A stretch of DNA of 64,000 nucleotides from Yuukianura sp. NJ FZ-2021 (taxonomy: Eukaryota): NCBI GenBank assembly GCA_046563655.1, contig CM102286.1:14136001-14200000 (forward strand). Reading direction: 5' to 3'. The notes under the pieces are model-generated. The model saw nothing but the letters and a program-made list of their open reading frames with translations, made no database searches and had not been told where the DNA came from. Both the position numbers and the translations under genes were made by a program. This document shows positions 1 to 12,720 of this stretch, piece after piece (the first letter of the stretch is position 1; every line of letters begins with the position of its first letter).

Positions 1-1858
1 GATTAGGTTAAAAATTCACTACAGTGCATTTTCCTTTTTTATGGAAATTTAAAAAATTCCAAATTATTGATTTTTAAAAACTCCATCACACCTTCTAACT
101 TTCTACAGAAGGATTTTTGGAAAAAGTCAGGATTAGGGTAACAAATTCACTACATTGCATTTTGCTTTTTTATGGAAATTTAAAAAATCCCAAAGTATTG
201 ATTTTTAAAAACATCATCACACCTTCTAACTTTCTACAGAAGGATTTTTGGAAAAAGTCAGGATTAGGGTAACAAATTCACTACAGTGCATTTTCCTTTT
301 TTACGGAAATTTAAAAAATTCCAAAGTATTGATTTTTAAAAACACCATCACACCTTCTAACTTTCTACAGAAGGGTTTTTGGAAAAAGTCAGGATTAGGC
401 TAACAAATTCACTACAGTGCATTTTCCTTTTTTATGGAAATTTAAAAAATTCCAAAGTATTGATTTTTAAAAACACCATCACACCTTCTAACTTTCTACA
501 GAAGGGTTTTTGGAAAAAGTCAGGATTAGGGTAACAAATTCACTACAGTGCATTTTCCTTTTTTATGGAAATTTAAAAAATCCCCAAAGTACTGATTTTT
601 AAAAACACCATCACACCTTCTAACTTTCTACAGAAGGAATTTTTGGAAAATGTCAGGATTAGGTTAAAAATTCACTACAGTGCATTTTCCTTTTTTATGG
701 AAATTTAAAAAATTCCAAATTATTGATTTTTAAAAACTCCATCACACCTTCTAACTTTCTACAGAAGGATTTTTGGAAAAAGTCAGGATTAGGCTAACAA
801 ATTCACTACTGTGCATTTTCCTTTTTTATGGAAATTTAAAAAATTCCAAAGTATTGATTTTTAAAAACACCATCACACCTTCTAACTTTCTACAGAAGGA
901 TTTTTGGAAAAAGTCGGGATTAGGGTAACAAATTCACTACAGTGCATTTTCCTTTTTTATGGAAATTTAAAAAATCCCAAAGTACTGATTTTTAAAAACA
1001 CCATCACACCTTCTAACTTTCTACAGAAGGAATTTTTGGAAAATGTCAGGATTAGGTTAAAAATTCACTACAGTGCATTTTCCTTTTTTATGGAAATTTA
1101 AAAAATTCCAAATTATTGATTTTTAAAAACTCCATCACGCCTTCTAACTTTCTACAGAAGGATTTTTGGAAAAAGTCAGGATTAGGGTAACAAATTCACT
1201 ACAGTGCATTTTCCTTTTTTATGGAAATTTAAAAAATCCCAAAGTATTGATTTTTAAAAACACCATCACACCTTCTAACTTTCTACAGAAGGATTTTTGG
1301 AAAAAGTCAGGATTAGGCTAACAAATTCACTACAGTGCATTTTCCTTTTTTATGGAAATTTAAAAAATCCCAAAGTATTGATTTTTAAAATCTCCATCAC
1401 ACCTTCTAACTTTCTGCAGAAGGATTTTTGGAAAAAGTCAGGATTAGGGTAACAAATTCACTACAGTGCATTTTCCTTTTTTATGGAAACTTAAAAAATC
1501 CCAAAGTATTGATTTTTAAAAACACCATCACACCTTCTAACTTTCTACAGAAGGATTTTTGGAAAAAGTCAGGATTAGGCTAACAAATTCACTACAGTGC
1601 ATTTTCCTTTTTTATGGAAATTTAAAAAATCCCAAAGTATTGATTTTTAAAAACACCATCACACCTTCTAACTTTCTACAGAAGGATTTTTGGAAAAAGT
1701 CAGGATTAGGGTAACAAATTCACTACAGTGCATTTTCCTTTTTTACGGAAATTTAAAAAATCGCAAAGTATTGATTTTTAAAAACACCATCACACCTTCT
1801 AACTTTCTACAGAAGGATTTTTGGAAAAAGTCAGGATTAGGCTAACAAATTCACTAAA
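1..1858. repeat. Tandem satellite array, ~130-131 bp monomer, ~14 copies (truncated by window start)
   Basis: Monomer gattagg(g/c/t)taa(c/a)aaattcactacagtgcattttcc...ccttctaactttctacagaagg...gtcag recurs about every 130 nt with few substitutions. Confidence 0.97.
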
Positions 1859-1995
1859 CTGCTTTTTTGCTAAATTTTCCTTTTTTTTATAGAGACTTAA
1901 TGTTTATGAACAGATTTTATTTCAACAATTTCTAACCTAACTTGTAAAAGCGTTTTACAATAAATTAGAAAAAAATTGAAATTGTTTAAACTTAT

Positions 1996-2148
1996 TCAAG
2001 TATAGCAATGGCGTCCTGCACGAGCAGCTTTTCCATAGCCGTGGTTCTTCCCGTGCTTTCCTTCGTGCCGATTCTTTTTTCGAAGAATGTTTGCCAAAAT
2101 GGAAGCAACAGCAACGACCAAAAGCGTTTTCTTCAGGTTGAATCCCAT
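1996..2148 (-). CDS. Small secreted cationic peptide, 50 aa (MGFNLKKTLLVVAVASILANILRKKNRHEGKHGKNHGYGKAARAGRHCYT)
   Basis: Own translation, below the ORF-track cutoff. Hydrophobic signal-like N-terminus and K/R/H/G-rich tail. Candidate 5'UTR intron with acceptor near 2189 and donor near 2260. Confidence 0.6.
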   Translation of the reverse strand: MGFNLKKTLLVVAVASILANILRKKNRHEGKHGKNHGYGKAARAGRHCYT

Positions 2149-2459
2149 TGTTCAGATTTTTGAAGATTTTGGAAAAATTGCTGAAAATCTGTAACAACAA
2201 TTTTGAAATTAGTTTTAGAGAATGGAAAAATTCAAATCAGAATCAAAAAGTATTTTTTTACCTCAGAAAAAGTTGTTCATCTGAATGGCAGTTAACAATA
2301 TAATAAGATAATCCAAGGAAGTAATGTTGTGTTAAATAGGTAAAAGTATGACTAAAAATAAGACAACGCATTTATTTACCACGTCATGGCAATTAGTAAT
2401 TGAGTATAGTTAGTGATGTAATTGTGGTTAACTAACTAAAGTGTAACGATGATACATGG

Positions 2460-2681
2460 TCATTTCCACATTGGTCGCCCTGTGTAGATCCTCTGACATC
2501 GACCAATCCGCGTCGGATAGTACCCTTCTTCGCAGGTCACAGATAAAGCCGCTGCTGCTGTCCCTGGTCCACTTCCACTCCGGTTGAACACTGACCTCTC
2601 TTGACCTTCACATTGGAGTGAAACGAGGCCTTGCAATATCAACATTCCCACTATTATTTTCCACAGTAATACTGAACCCAT
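2460..2681 (-). CDS. Small secreted peptide precursor, ENF/growth-blocking-peptide-like
   Basis: ATG at 2681, signal peptide MGSVLLWKIIVGMLILQGLVSLQC, C-terminal CEEGYYPTRIGRCQRIY loop. Candidate 5'UTR intron ~2704-2775. Confidence 0.72.
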   Translation of the reverse strand: MGSVLLWKIIVGMLILQGLVSLQCEGQERSVFNRSGSGPGTAAAALSVTCEEGYYPTRIGRCQRIYTGRPMWK

Positions 2682-4296
2682 TGGACACAAACCAGCAAAA
2701 TCACTAAAAAACAAAATTTTGATTTTTGAAATGTCTATTTCAATTCAATCATTGAAAATTTTCCATTTTTTTTACCTCCAAAAAACTACACTGTTGTTGA
2801 TTAGAACTGAAATCAATTTTCAAAATTTCGATTCCTATGTTGTTGATTAGAGCTGAAATCAATTTTCAAAATTTCGAATCTTTGATAATGCTAAAACCAA
2901 ACTCGACGCAGGTTTTGAAATCGTGGGTTAAAAAAGAAACGTGCTTTAGAAATCAATCACTCCACGAGAAACTGTAAAACCTTGAAAACTTCAGAAAATT
3001 GACTTTGTGAATACGAAAGTGCTCATTCATCAAAATTTTGAGAGACATGGATGGACTCAAAACGGTTTTCTAATTTTTTTCTTTGTAAGGAAGGAAGATG
3101 CGGTATTGCGGTTTTATGTGTCCATTTCGTGTAGCATCTTTAATCAAGTTCACATTGACTCAAAAAATCAATTATTATTGCTGCGTTTTGATTTTCTTGC
3201 TGGTGGACTAGCATATTGAATGCAACGAAAAGCGAAAGGTCATCCAAGGTCAATGCCATTCACATTCACTCCGAAGCAATAAAATTTAATGTAGGTTGAT
3301 CTGGACAACGTCGATAAGATACTTCTTCCTAAAGGAAAACTTTCACTCCGTTCAGCTTCTTTTCAATACGTTTAAATTATTTGAAATTTACAACTGCAAA
3401 AGTTGCAAAATGTTATTTCGTTTTTTTTGCCAGTATCAGTTGACTAAATTTTTTGTTGTTGCATATGTGTTGAATTCAGTTGAACATTTCGTAGAAATAG
3501 AATTAAAAGGACATTATTCTTTAGACAGAAAAACTAACGATTAGATTGGATTCTAGGAAGCTTAGTTCGCAGTTTTCCAAAAACGTTTTGTTTACGCTTA
3601 TGTTTTTTGCCAATTTTATTTGCACATTGCAAATATTTTTTCCGTTCTCCTGTACAGAATGATCCAGAAGTCTTGATCGTCGACATGAAGATTGAACCAG
3701 GGAGCATATAAATCCCTGTGCCCTGCGCATGCCCTATTAACACGAAGTGGATTGAAGTGGTTCCTTCACACCTCTCGCACTTTGACATAACACATAAGTA
3801 GGGCACTTGGAGTTCCACTTTTAAGATTGAGACTGTATTCTTCTCAGTCTGTCACAAGTTATCGGCGGGAGTGGAACTCAACCAATTCAAATTAGTAATT
3901 AGAGTGACGTCAAGCTCAACGCACGTGGAGTGGATACACTATACACTCCGGCTCTAATCCATCTTACCATTAATCATTTTAGTACAACAGCGGGCTCAGG
4001 TAACATCAATTGCTTCTTAGTTCTTGCTCTAGTCCTTCCAAGGTCTAAATTAACAAAATTTTTTAAGCTATGACGTTTACAGGACGTTTATTATTAACAT
4101 ATGTTAAAGACTATTTTTTTGGAATATTGCTTTCTGGGAATGACTAAACACTTCGGAGTTTAGCATTTTTAAAAACTTGAATTCGGGAAGTTTCAAGGTC
4201 AAATTTTAATTGCATTAATTTTGGTTTGAAACAGGTCAGAAGCACGGTCAACCACAGTTCCAGCTCCTCGTTTCCTAATTGAGTTACAAGGTGACA

Positions 4297-6700
4297 ATGA
4301 ACAGCTTAGGTGACCATAATCATGAAGACGCAAGTGGGGAAATGGATACTGTCGTCGACGGATTGGCATGTGAAGAGATGTTTGCGAGCAAAGAGGGGCT
4401 GACTTACAAGTAATTGAATTCAAAAAGATTTGCAAGTATTTCGAAACTGAACTGATGATGAAGCATATTCTTTGTTTTTGCAGTGACTTCATTATTCTTC
4501 CGGGGTATATCGATTTCGAACCAAAGGAGGTGGTAAGTTTTTGTTTAATGCGTTTAACGTCGGACTGTTTCTGACTCACTGGCATACTTTTGTCCATCCA
4601 GATTATAAATGTGCTGAGTTTTGTCAACTCCGCTGTTATCTTTGTAGGAACTGGGTTGCCGACTGACCAAGGAGATTCAACTGAAGGCCCCCCTTGTCTC
4701 ATCTCCAATGGACACTGTTACTGAATCTGAGATGGCAATTGCTATGGCTCTCTGTGGTGGTATTGGAATTATCCATCACAACTGTACAACGGAGTTCCAG
4801 GCTTCAGAAGTTCTCAAGGTCAAGAAGTACAAACATGGATTCATCCGTGACCCCGTCGTGCTTTCTGCCCTTCATACAGTAAGTCTCACTCTGTATCCCT
4901 CTCACATGTACTATTCATGTTCATTAATCATAAGTTATGCGTTGGATTAACGTTTGTACTTTTTGATTCAGGTGAGAGACGTTTTTGCAGTGAAGAAGAA
5001 GTATGGATTTTGTGGAGTTCCTGTTACGGATACTGGGAAATTAGGAGGAAAATTATTAGGAATCGTTACCCAAAGAGATATTGATTTTCTGGATGGAGTC
5101 TTAGATCTAGCCCTAGAAACTGTCATGACCAAGGATCTGGTCACTGCACATGAAGAGGTTAAACTTTCTGATGCCAACAGGTAATAACTCCAATCAGCAC
5201 AGTTCCTGGAATCAATTACTTTTTCACAGATTGTTTTTCCAATTTATGGTCGATTTTCTCGGAAAAGTTTCCTAGGAACTTTTCCCCGGTAAACTGACAG
5301 TGTAAATAATTGGGGTGTATGGATTTTCCAGGATTATGGAGAAATCAAAGAAAGGAAAGCTTCCGATTGTGGATGACGAAGGACGACTCGTTGCATTGAT
5401 TGCTCGAACGGATTTGAAGAAAGCCCGGAGTTATCCCAATGCTGCCAAGGATGCTAACAAGCAACTGCTGGTTGGTGCTGCTATTGGAACTCGTGAGCAG
5501 GACAAAGAACGACTGGCAGCATTAACTGCTGCTGGAGTCGATGTCATTGTGCTTGTAAGTGCTCTACTTAATTCTGGATTACGTCAATCTTCAAGCATCC
5601 TGAAGTTGATTTATTAACTTTGATTTTTAGGATTCGTCACAAGGAAATTCCAGCTATCAGATTAACATGGTCAAGTACATCAAAGAAACTTATCCAAAAT
5701 TGCAAGTGATTGCTGGAAACGGTAAAATTTCAAAATACCTATTTCAATTTTGGCACTTTTTTTTTTTGAATTTTCTCGACTTTTTGTTCATTTTTTGAAA
5801 ATATTTGCAGTCGTAACGACTCAGCAAGCCAAAAATCTCATTGACGCTGGTGCTGATGGCCTTCGAGTGGGTATGGGCAGTGGATCGATTTGTATTACAC
5901 AGGAAGTGATGGCAGTTGGAAGGTCTCAGGTAAGCAAATAAAAAATAATATAATTAAAGTAATGAAATAATATAATAAAAATAATAAAATAATATAACTA
6001 AAACAATTTTGTTTACCATTTAGGCTACTGCTGTCTACAGAGTAGGAAAGTACGCCAGTTCCAGAGGCGTTCCAATTATTGCCGACGGAGGAGTACAAAG
6101 TGTTGGGCATATTATTAAAGCGCTTGCGCTGGGAGCTTCAACAGGTGAAAATTTAACTTATACATGACATTTTCAGAAGTTTTTTGAAAGTTTTTTTTTG
6201 ATCAGTTATGATGGGTTCGATGCTTGCTGGAACGACGGAAGCTCCTGGAGAGTACTTTTTCTCTGACGGCGTTCGACTTAAGAAGTACCGTGGAATGGGA
6301 AGCTTAGAAGCCATGGAACACAGAGATCCAATCACCAATTCCCCCTCTGCCGCCATGACACGCTACTTCCATAGTGATTCTGATCGAGCTTTGGTGGCCC
6401 AAGGGGTCAGTGGATCCATTGTGGACAAGGGCTCTGTCCGCAAGTTTCTGCCATACATCAACACTGGCATTCGTCACTCTTGCCAAGTACTCCAACACAT
6501 TTTCAAATTCAACTTTGAAGTCCAGTTTTAAAATTGAAAACATTTTTTGAAATTGTTTTTAGGACATTGGAGTTCGTAGTTTGCAGATTTTGCGAAAAGC
6601 AGTTGCTGACGGCACAGTTCGTTTTGAACGACGTACTGCATCGGCCCAAATCGAGGGTGGCGTTCACGGTCTCTACTCTTACGAGAAGCGACTCTACTAA
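4297..6700 (+). CDS. IMPDH: Inosine-5'-monophosphate dehydrogenase (10 coding exons)
   Basis: [18 protein letters not shown] region, catalytic loop [22 protein letters not shown]-terminus [14 protein letters not shown]. Exons about 4297-4409, 4484-4532, 4649-4878, 4972-5180, 5332-5554, 5631-5721, 5811-5929, 6024-6144, 6206-6486, 6562-6700. Confidence 0.97.
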
Positions 6701-7516
6701 AATATTGAATACTTGCAAATGTGCTTGCCAATGTCCTCAATCATTCTTCATTTTCAGTTTCATACACTATGTTTCTTTGCATGGAAAAACACACATTTCA
6801 TGACCAATCATGAGATTAATTATATATTTTATATAAACACTTTCAGTTCTGCAGTCTTTGGTAAAAATTTTGACATGATCTTTGATTTTGAGTAAAACCA
6901 ACTTTCAAAAAAGTTCGAAATTGCATCCATTGTTTGCACGCGAAACACGTAAAATTTTAAGGCGTCGTCACTAAAGTGCGTCAAGTCCAAAGGTTATCGT
7001 TCACATCGAAAGCTATTTACGTGTAACTAAATTTCCACCTCCTCTTAATTAAATCAACACACATGCAAGTTACTTAAAATCTTACTTAAAATTAACTTTT
7101 CACTAAAAAACTTAATTATTTGACGATGTATATTTCAGTTGCTTGAAAGCAAATAGCAGAGGAAGTGGTGCGTCGATGCAGAAAAGCGAATCGAATATTT
7201 TTTTGTACAAAAAACAACTTTGAAGAGTCAAACATAAAACAAAAGCAGAAAAGCACTTGAATTTGAGTTGAAATTTGGTAAGGTTATGAAAGGGAGAGTG
7301 ATAGGATAACCTTGGACAATAACATTAATCTTTTATCAAAAAAACATAGTCTATGTGCTTATAAGTGCAAAGTTACTCAACTTTTGTGTCTAGTAGATGT
7401 AAAAACTTGTTTGACCTTAGGAAAAAGTAGTTGACATTTGATAGATATAAGCCAGAGGGATTCTGATTATCTCATAATGTTTTCATTTAGTTTTTAGCGT
7501 AGTCTGTCTGAAAATT

Positions 7517-8853
7517 ACCGGATTAATTATCTCAAATAGTACACCTGTGTACTAATTTTGTTTTCGACTTCTGGGGGTGGTGTACTATTAGGGACCTGGT
7601 CACTATTATTATGACGGTGTACTAATTAATTTTTTAAAAATGAGGATTTTATTCTTAGCTAAAACGTTTTATCCCTGGTAATCAGGAGAAAATAATTTCT
7701 AAATTACAAAACTCATCTCCACTTCGAGGGGAACAGAATCCGTGTGTAATGTGTGACCCTAGGTCACCTCCACTTGAGTCAATTAACACTTTGATTTCAC
7801 AAGGTCATTTGTTCCGTCACCTTTGGCCGCTAGAACAAGCGTTGCGTGTGCCTTCTCATTTCTAGTCGACTTTAGTTGAACAGTTTTAGATCCAGTTGGG
7901 AGCAATTGATTGTGTTGCTCAGCATGTCGAACCACAAACTGATTTCATCCAGTTGACATATACACTTTACACACGGTTCATGCACTGTGTCCACGCTGGC
8001 GTGTCACCTGTCAAATGTAGCCAAATCTGCAACTGTCACATGTTGAAAACAATTGATCCGGGTGTCACCTTTTGTCACATACCGGGAGTCACCTGTCACC
8101 TGATAGTGAGTGTCTTTTGAGAAAACGATCCAGCCAGCCCAAACTTGCCGACGAGTCACTTCGTTCTGTTTCACGTTATCCAATGTTGGGAAAATCCTCT
8201 TCGCCTGCGTGCCACCTTGAATCGAACGCCGTGAGACTCTTAACGATTTGTTTCGTTGTTACATAATGCCAGTAAAGAGTGAATCATCCAACTCAGGTAT
8301 CAATCGTTTCCGTCCAGCGCCGATCAACCTGTCACGCCTCAGCTGATTTCACGTTTGACACTGTAAACAAAATACTGTTTCAGTATGAAATAATAATTAG
8401 GAAAAAATATTTTATTCACAATAAATTACTCACCTAAATCATTTTCCTTTCTGGGGGGGGAATCCATGTGGGGGGAACACACCGCCACTCAATGTTGTAT
8501 TCTTTAGCAGCTGCCGGGAAAGTGATTTATCCTTGGCCAATTTCACCACTTTCAATTTGAACTCCTGGTCAAATGATCTTTTTTTGTTGCGGAGACATTT
8601 TAAAGTAAGAATACGAATTTTAAGTAAAACAATTTGGAGAGAAGTAACGTGGGGAACACAACAAAGGAAGAGCTATGCTCAACTAACTTGGAGGGGGGCT
8701 ACTCCTAATGCTACATTAACAAAGACCCTGGTGTACTATTAGAGACCTGGTGTATCATTATGGGACGGTGTACTAATTAATCTCATTCTGGGGTGGTGTA
8801 CTATTAGGGACCTGGTGTACTATTTAGGTATGGTGTACTATTAGGGAAAATTA
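7517..8853 (-). mobile_element. Decayed pogo/Tigger-like (Tc1-mariner superfamily) DNA transposon
   Basis: Imperfect inverted ends (taattatctcaaatagtacacc near 7528 versus ggtgtactattagggaaaatta near 8832), subterminal ggtgtactatt repeats at both ends, and an internal transposase relic. Confidence 0.75.
7790..8345 (-). pseudogene. pogo-type transposase relic (CENP-B/Tc5 HTH plus start of DDE_1)
   Basis: Minus-strand fragments GAGRKRLIPELDDSL...RVSRRSIQ, ASLGWLDRFLKRH, LDEISLWFDMLSNT and TGSKTVQLKSTRNEKAHATLVLAAKGDGT, broken by stops and frameshifts. Confidence 0.8.
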
Positions 8854-8950
8854 GTTTGAGGGAAGGTGTAGTTTCGTGTTTAACTCCTGATTTTTTTGTA
8901 ATTTTGTGCGGAAAGTGTCGAAATTTTGAAAAAAAAATTTGAGAAATACG

Positions 8951-11413
8951 ATGATTTTCGAAATTTCGATTTTGTTGGTTTCGGTAGTTGTGTTGTGGCA
9001 TTTCTTTGTGGGATGGAACAAGCGTGACAAAGATGCTCCACCCGGTAAGTTTTTTGGATCAAATTTTCTCAAGAATTCAAAATTTGTGAAATTTTGACAA
9101 AAAATTTTTCAGGGCCTGTCAACCTACCGGTGGTTGGAAATTTAATTCAACTGGCTAAACGACGAAACCAAAAACCGTTTGAAATGTTTCATCAATTGTC
9201 CCAAACTTATGGACCAATCATGTCCATGAAAATTGGAGTCATTGATCAAGGTATGTAAAAATATAATACGTTTGATTATATTAATTATTTATATATTAAT
9301 TTATTTATTTTCGCAGTGGTTTTGGAAGATTATAAAACTATCAAGGAAGTTTTAAATTCCGAAATTTGGGTGGATCGCTTCTTTGATGAATTCCTTTCCC
9401 AGCGGTCTTTTGGCAAACAGCTCGGTAAATTTTTCTGTTTCGTAGCACCGCGGAAATACATTTCAAAAACGTTCAAAATTTTGAGCTTTTTTGAAACTTA
9501 TTTTAAAATTTGACATTTTTGATACTTTTGCATGTGTAGGGATTTTAATGCTGGATGGGAACGACACTTGGCGAGAAATGCGTCGTTTTAGTATTCGGAC
9601 TCTGCGTGACTTTGGTTTTGGAAAACAAAAGAGCATGGAAGAGTCATTGCAGGAAGAACTTGAAGATTTCATGAACAGTTTCAGCAGTCGGTTGACCTTG
9701 ACCTCTGACAAGGTCATCCACATGAAACAATTTTTCACCATTTCAGTACTCAACATTCTGTGGAATATGATTGCTGGATGTCGATTTGCCAGAGACGATG
9801 CACAGTTGCACAGATTGTTGTTCCTGCTCGACAGAATGGTCAAAAGTAGTGCAATCGGCTCACCACTGCTCACTCTGGCAGTTGCCTTTCCAATTTTTCG
9901 TTTTCTGGCACCACTGTTCAAAAAGTACCGTGACATTCGAATGGAATTTTTTACAAGTATGCATCAATTTTTTCGGGTAAGAACCGAAAACAATGTGTTA
10001 AGGTCTATTCACACCGAAGTGATAATTTTTGAAAAAAATTTCTCCAATTCGGAAGTTTACTGTTTTTGAAATTTTTTCAGGATATTTTGATAGCACGTAG
10101 GGCTGAAGGTCACTACAAAGAAGAACCAAGAGATTTTATTGATGTTTTCCTGCGTGAAATTGATGCACATGCGGAAGATACAACTGGACCAAACTACTAC
10201 ACTGGTAATATTTAATAAATTGCTAAATATAATATTAAGTGGTATTAGAATGTTGATTTAATTTAATTAATTCATTATATTTTTTAACAGATGAGCAGTT
10301 TATAATAGTATGCATGGATCTGTTCATGGCTGGTTCCGAAACAACAAGTAACACTCTTGAATTTGCCATTTTGTACATGATTCTTCATCCAGAAATTCAG
10401 AAAAAAGTTCAAGCCGAAATCGATTCAGTTGTGGGCCACCATAGATTTCCCTCCATGCAAGACAAAGCCAAGTGAGTTGTTTCAAAGTTCCCGCCTTTCT
10501 CTTACTTTCACTTTTGTACACCATGGTTCAAAAGTTGACACGAAAAATTCATCGATTTTTAATCCTTCTACAACTTTCTTACTATACCAACATAAATGGA
10601 CGCTGGCAAAAGAAAAACGTAGAGAAAGGCGTCCAACATTTTCACGCTATATTGTGAAACACGCTGTACATTTTTCCTTCCACACGTTGAATCAATTTTC
10701 TCTATCATTAGTATTGATTTCTTTTCGTTTTTTTCTTATTTTTCGTTCTATTTTTAGAATGCCATTTACTGAAGCCACTTTATTGGAAACCCAGCGGTGA
10801 GGAGACCTTGCTCATCTTTTCTTTTACTCCAAAATTTTGAGTTTTTGTTTTCTAACTTTTGTTTTGATGAAAGTTAACCGCTTTTACTATAATTTTTTTT
10901 AATGATGAATTTTTTTTGTACAGGATGGCCAATGTTATTCCACTTGACATTAGAACTCCAACGGAAGATACAATGTTAGGCGGATATAAAATCAAGAAGG
11001 GAACCGTAGGCATTATTAACCTACATGCAATGCACATGAGTGAAACAGAGTGGAAAGATCCACAAAAGTTTGATCCTGGACGCTTCTTAGACAGTCAAGG
11101 GAATGTCATCAATGCACACAAAATACTTCCATTTGGATCCGGTATGAAGTTAAATACAACAATTTTCAAAAAAAAATTCAAAAATTCCACAAAAAATTTG
11201 AAATTTGAAAATTTTGTTACAGGAAAACGAGTCTGCCTGGGGGAAGTCCTTGCTCGAACGACGCTTTTTACCTTCTTTACGTCGTTTCTGCAAAAGTATA
11301 CTTTTAGTCAACCCCCAGCGTCAGACTATTCGGCTGCAGAAATGAAAGCAACTTTAGGATTCACTTTGTCGCCTAAACCATATCATGCTCTAGTCACTCC
11401 AAGATTTAACTAA
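8951..11413 (+). CDS. Cytochrome P450, CYP2 clan (9 exons)
   Basis: N-terminal anchor plus PPGP-LP-VGN, WREMRRF (WxxxR), I-helix AGSETTS, ETQR (ExxR), DPGRF, heme motif FGSGKRVCLG. Confidence 0.95.
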
Positions 11414-11592
11414 CCATTTTTTCCATCAAAGAAAACCGCTTTGTCCAAGGTCAAATTTAGGACATGACATCAGGTTGACATGACCTCGAGTTTATTTAAG
11501 AAATTCTATTGTTCTTTTGTTCTATTATTCTATTTCATTTCGAAACTTTAAAAACGAAAGTTTTTGAAAATTTTTGTAAAGTTTACTTCAAA

Positions 11593-12720
11593 ATGTTCTT
11601 TGAAATTGTAACTTTATTGTTCGTATTGACACTTGCTTTGTGGTATTTGGTTGTACAATGGAACCATTTCCAACACGCTCCACCAGGTAAGCTCAAGGTT
11701 GCTATAGCACTCGTTTATACAAATGCACTTACAGGTTATGCCATAAGTCTATTTTTTTTAAATCACAAAAAAACAACTGTTGGATTATGATTTCACGATA
11801 ATATTTTGAATTTTTTTAACAGTCATAGTTTTGACTTCGAAGCTACAGAGCCGCGTCAACTATGCGATTCAAAAACTTTAAAAATGTGAAAAAATGAGCT
11901 ATGGTATAACCTGTTAAGAAAAAACAAACAAAATTTCCATTTAAACAACCTTGAAGTAGGCTGTTATTTTTAAATTTTTTTCCCAAATTTGATTAAAAAT
12001 TTCGAAAATAAAAAATTTACGCATACATTTTCAGGCCCAAGCCATCTATGGGTGCCATAAGTCTATTTTTTTTAAATCACAAAAAAACAACTGTTGGATT
12101 ATGATTTCACGATAATATTTTGAATTTTTTTAACAGTCATAGTTTTGACTTCGAAGTCAATACTAAAGCTAAAGCTACAGAGCCGCGTCAAATATGCGAT
12201 TCAAAAATTTTAAAAATGTGAAAAAAAGAGTTCTGGTAGAACCTGTTAAGAAAAAACAAACAAAGTTTTGATTTAAACAACCTTGAAGTGGGCTGTTATT
12301 TTTAATTTTTTTCCCCAAATTTGATTAAAAATGTCGAAAATAAAAAATTTACGCATAAATTTTTAGGCCCACAAAATCCACAAAAGTTTGATCCTGGACG
12401 ATTCCTGGACAGTCAAGGAAATGTCATCAATGCACACAAAATACTTCCATTTGGATGCGGTATGAACCAGTAACAATTTTCAAAAAAAAAAGTTCCAGAA
12501 AAATTTGAAATTTGAAAATTTTGTTGCAGGAAAACGTGGCTGCCCGGGCGAAGTCATAGCTCCTGCGAATGTTTTTACTTTCTTTACGTCGTTTCTGCAA
12601 AAGTATACTTTTAGTTAACCCCCAGCATCAGACTATTCGCCAGCAGAAATGAAATCAGAGTTTGGATTTACTTTATCACCTAAACCATTTCATGCTCTAG
12701 TCACTCCAAGGTTTGAGTAG
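11593..12720 (+). pseudogene. Internally deleted tandem duplicate of the P450
   Basis: Paralogous exon 1 (11593-11686) joins a segment starting near 12367 that jumps to PQKFDPGRF...FGCG/KRGCPG. CAA>TAA stop near 12616. The middle exons are absent. Confidence 0.85.
11694..11953. mobile_element. P-like MITE (CAAGG...CCTTG), partly re-duplicated at ~12053-12293
   Basis: Termini caaggttg / caaccttg with inner acaggtt / aacctgtt. Related to 39039-39258 in opposite orientation. A ~310-bp direct duplication follows. TSD unclear. Confidence 0.75.

Noticed and set aside
1..1858. Telomeric or subtelomeric repeat (TTAGG in each monomer) and ORF 904-1101
   Set aside because: Only one isolated TTAGG per 130 bp. 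The ORF is a chance read through the satellite.
1955..2200. 81-aa ORF from the track
   Set aside because: Non-ATG start spanning a splice acceptor. The overlapping ATG frame 1996-2148 is more plausible.
3000..3830. Possible small exons (VDLDNVDKILLPK..., NDPEVLIVDMKIEPGSI*) and minus-strand ORFs
   Set aside because: No consistent gene model and no recognisable homology.
4199..4708. 169-aa ORF antisense to IMPDH, and similar antisense ORFs over other genes
   Set aside because: Shadow ORFs of real genes that cross introns and show no motifs.
11445..11490. Nuclear-receptor half-site cluster (AGGTCA/TGACCT) near the P450s
   Set aside because: This hexamer is frequent throughout the window, so local enrichment cannot be supported by eye.
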